Positions 62,903-64,000 of a stretch of 64,000 nucleotides of DNA are shown here, piece after piece; positions within the stretch are counted from its first letter, which is position 1; each line of letters starts with the position of its first letter. The notes under the pieces are model-generated. The model had not been told where the DNA came from. It was given only the letters and a program-made list of their open reading frames with translations, and did not search any database. The translations under genes were made by a program, and so were the position numbers. The DNA comes from the human T2T-CHM13v2.0 reference genome, Homo sapiens, in NCBI RefSeq assembly GCF_009914755.1, contig NC_060926.1, one strand, 5' to 3'.

Positions 62903-63087
62903 TATATCTTCAGGCTGTTTCCTAATTCTACATATAGATCTGCCTTTTTTGTTTAATAATTCTATAAATTCCGCTGTATTATTGTCTATACTTTAAAATA
63001 CTTTATACTGTATTTTAACAGTTGTACTATACTTTAACGGTTATCTATTGGTAGACATTTAAATTCTTTCCAGTCTTTTTTTTTTAA

Positions 63088-63347
<260 letters not shown>

Positions 63348-63637
63348 TAACAAACCATAAACAAAAAATCCTTACATATTAGTCTGTGTTCACATGTAGA
63401 AAATGATGTTAGAAATACAATTGCTGGATTCAAAGATGTGTGCATTTTAAATTTAATACTTAGACTCAGCACTTTTCATAATCATTCTAGGTGATTCTGT
63501 CCATGTGGTTTGTGAATATACCTAGAGAAATAGTTTTTCAGGGGAAAGAATGAAACAAATAATTACCACCTACATTTTAGGATTATTCTCTTCGAGGCCA
63601 ACAAAATAGAAATTTTATACAAAAACTCACTGACCGT

Positions 63638-64000
63638 CTTCAAAGAGGACAACATTTATTTAGTTGTATGTAAATAAAAATTACTTGGATACATGAGGGG
63701 AAAACGATAAAGCACATGATATAAATATACAATTAACCCTTTATAATATCTTCAAACAACGGCAAATAACATAAACAGGAAATATTTGCAGTAATTCTTT
63801 ACAGTATTCTCTTTTACTCTGTTGTCAACATGAATACTGCAAGCAGGTCTTTATTTTTTTTGACAATGGGAACTTCCACTCATTCGGTAGAAGTCACCAC
63901 TTTCAAAACATAGTAAGTCAACACACAACTGTACAAACTGAACGTGAGCAAGTCTAACTTAGATGTAATTAGAGTTGAGTCATTGGATAAAAAGTTCATA
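63638..64000 (-). other. SLC16A14: Probable 3' UTR end of the convergent neighbouring gene
   Basis: Unique AT-rich sequence with minus-strand AATAAA (tttatt at 63655-63660, another at 63850-63855). Gene name rests only on recalled gene order (SLC16A14 lies tail-to-tail downstream of FBXO36); no coding sequence in window. Confidence 0.55.

Overview
Human/primate genomic DNA, very Alu-dense. The + strand carries the last three coding exons and the 3' UTR of FBXO36: 4922-5030, 25429-25601 and 39363-39551. They splice in frame via canonical AG/GT sites into an F-box protein, and exon 1 lies upstream of the window. The last ~360 bp are probably the 3' end of a convergent minus-strand gene, likely SLC16A14 from recalled gene order. 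The rest is mostly repeats: dozens of Alus, a full-length U6 retropseudogene, a 5'-truncated L1MA-type element with an intact 15-bp TSD, an Alu-riddled Charlie1 DNA transposon, MaLR/ERV1 LTRs and ERV internal sequence. Nearly all entries in the ORF track are Alu translations. I found no convincing new protein-coding system. The most notable unexplained structures are two locally templated insertions that split Alu elements (one ~480 bp inverted, one ~53 bp direct), a 23-bp perfect-stem pre-miRNA-like hairpin in intron 3, and several splice-architecture features of FBXO36. Repeat subfamily names are from memory of consensus sequences and their boundaries are approximate.
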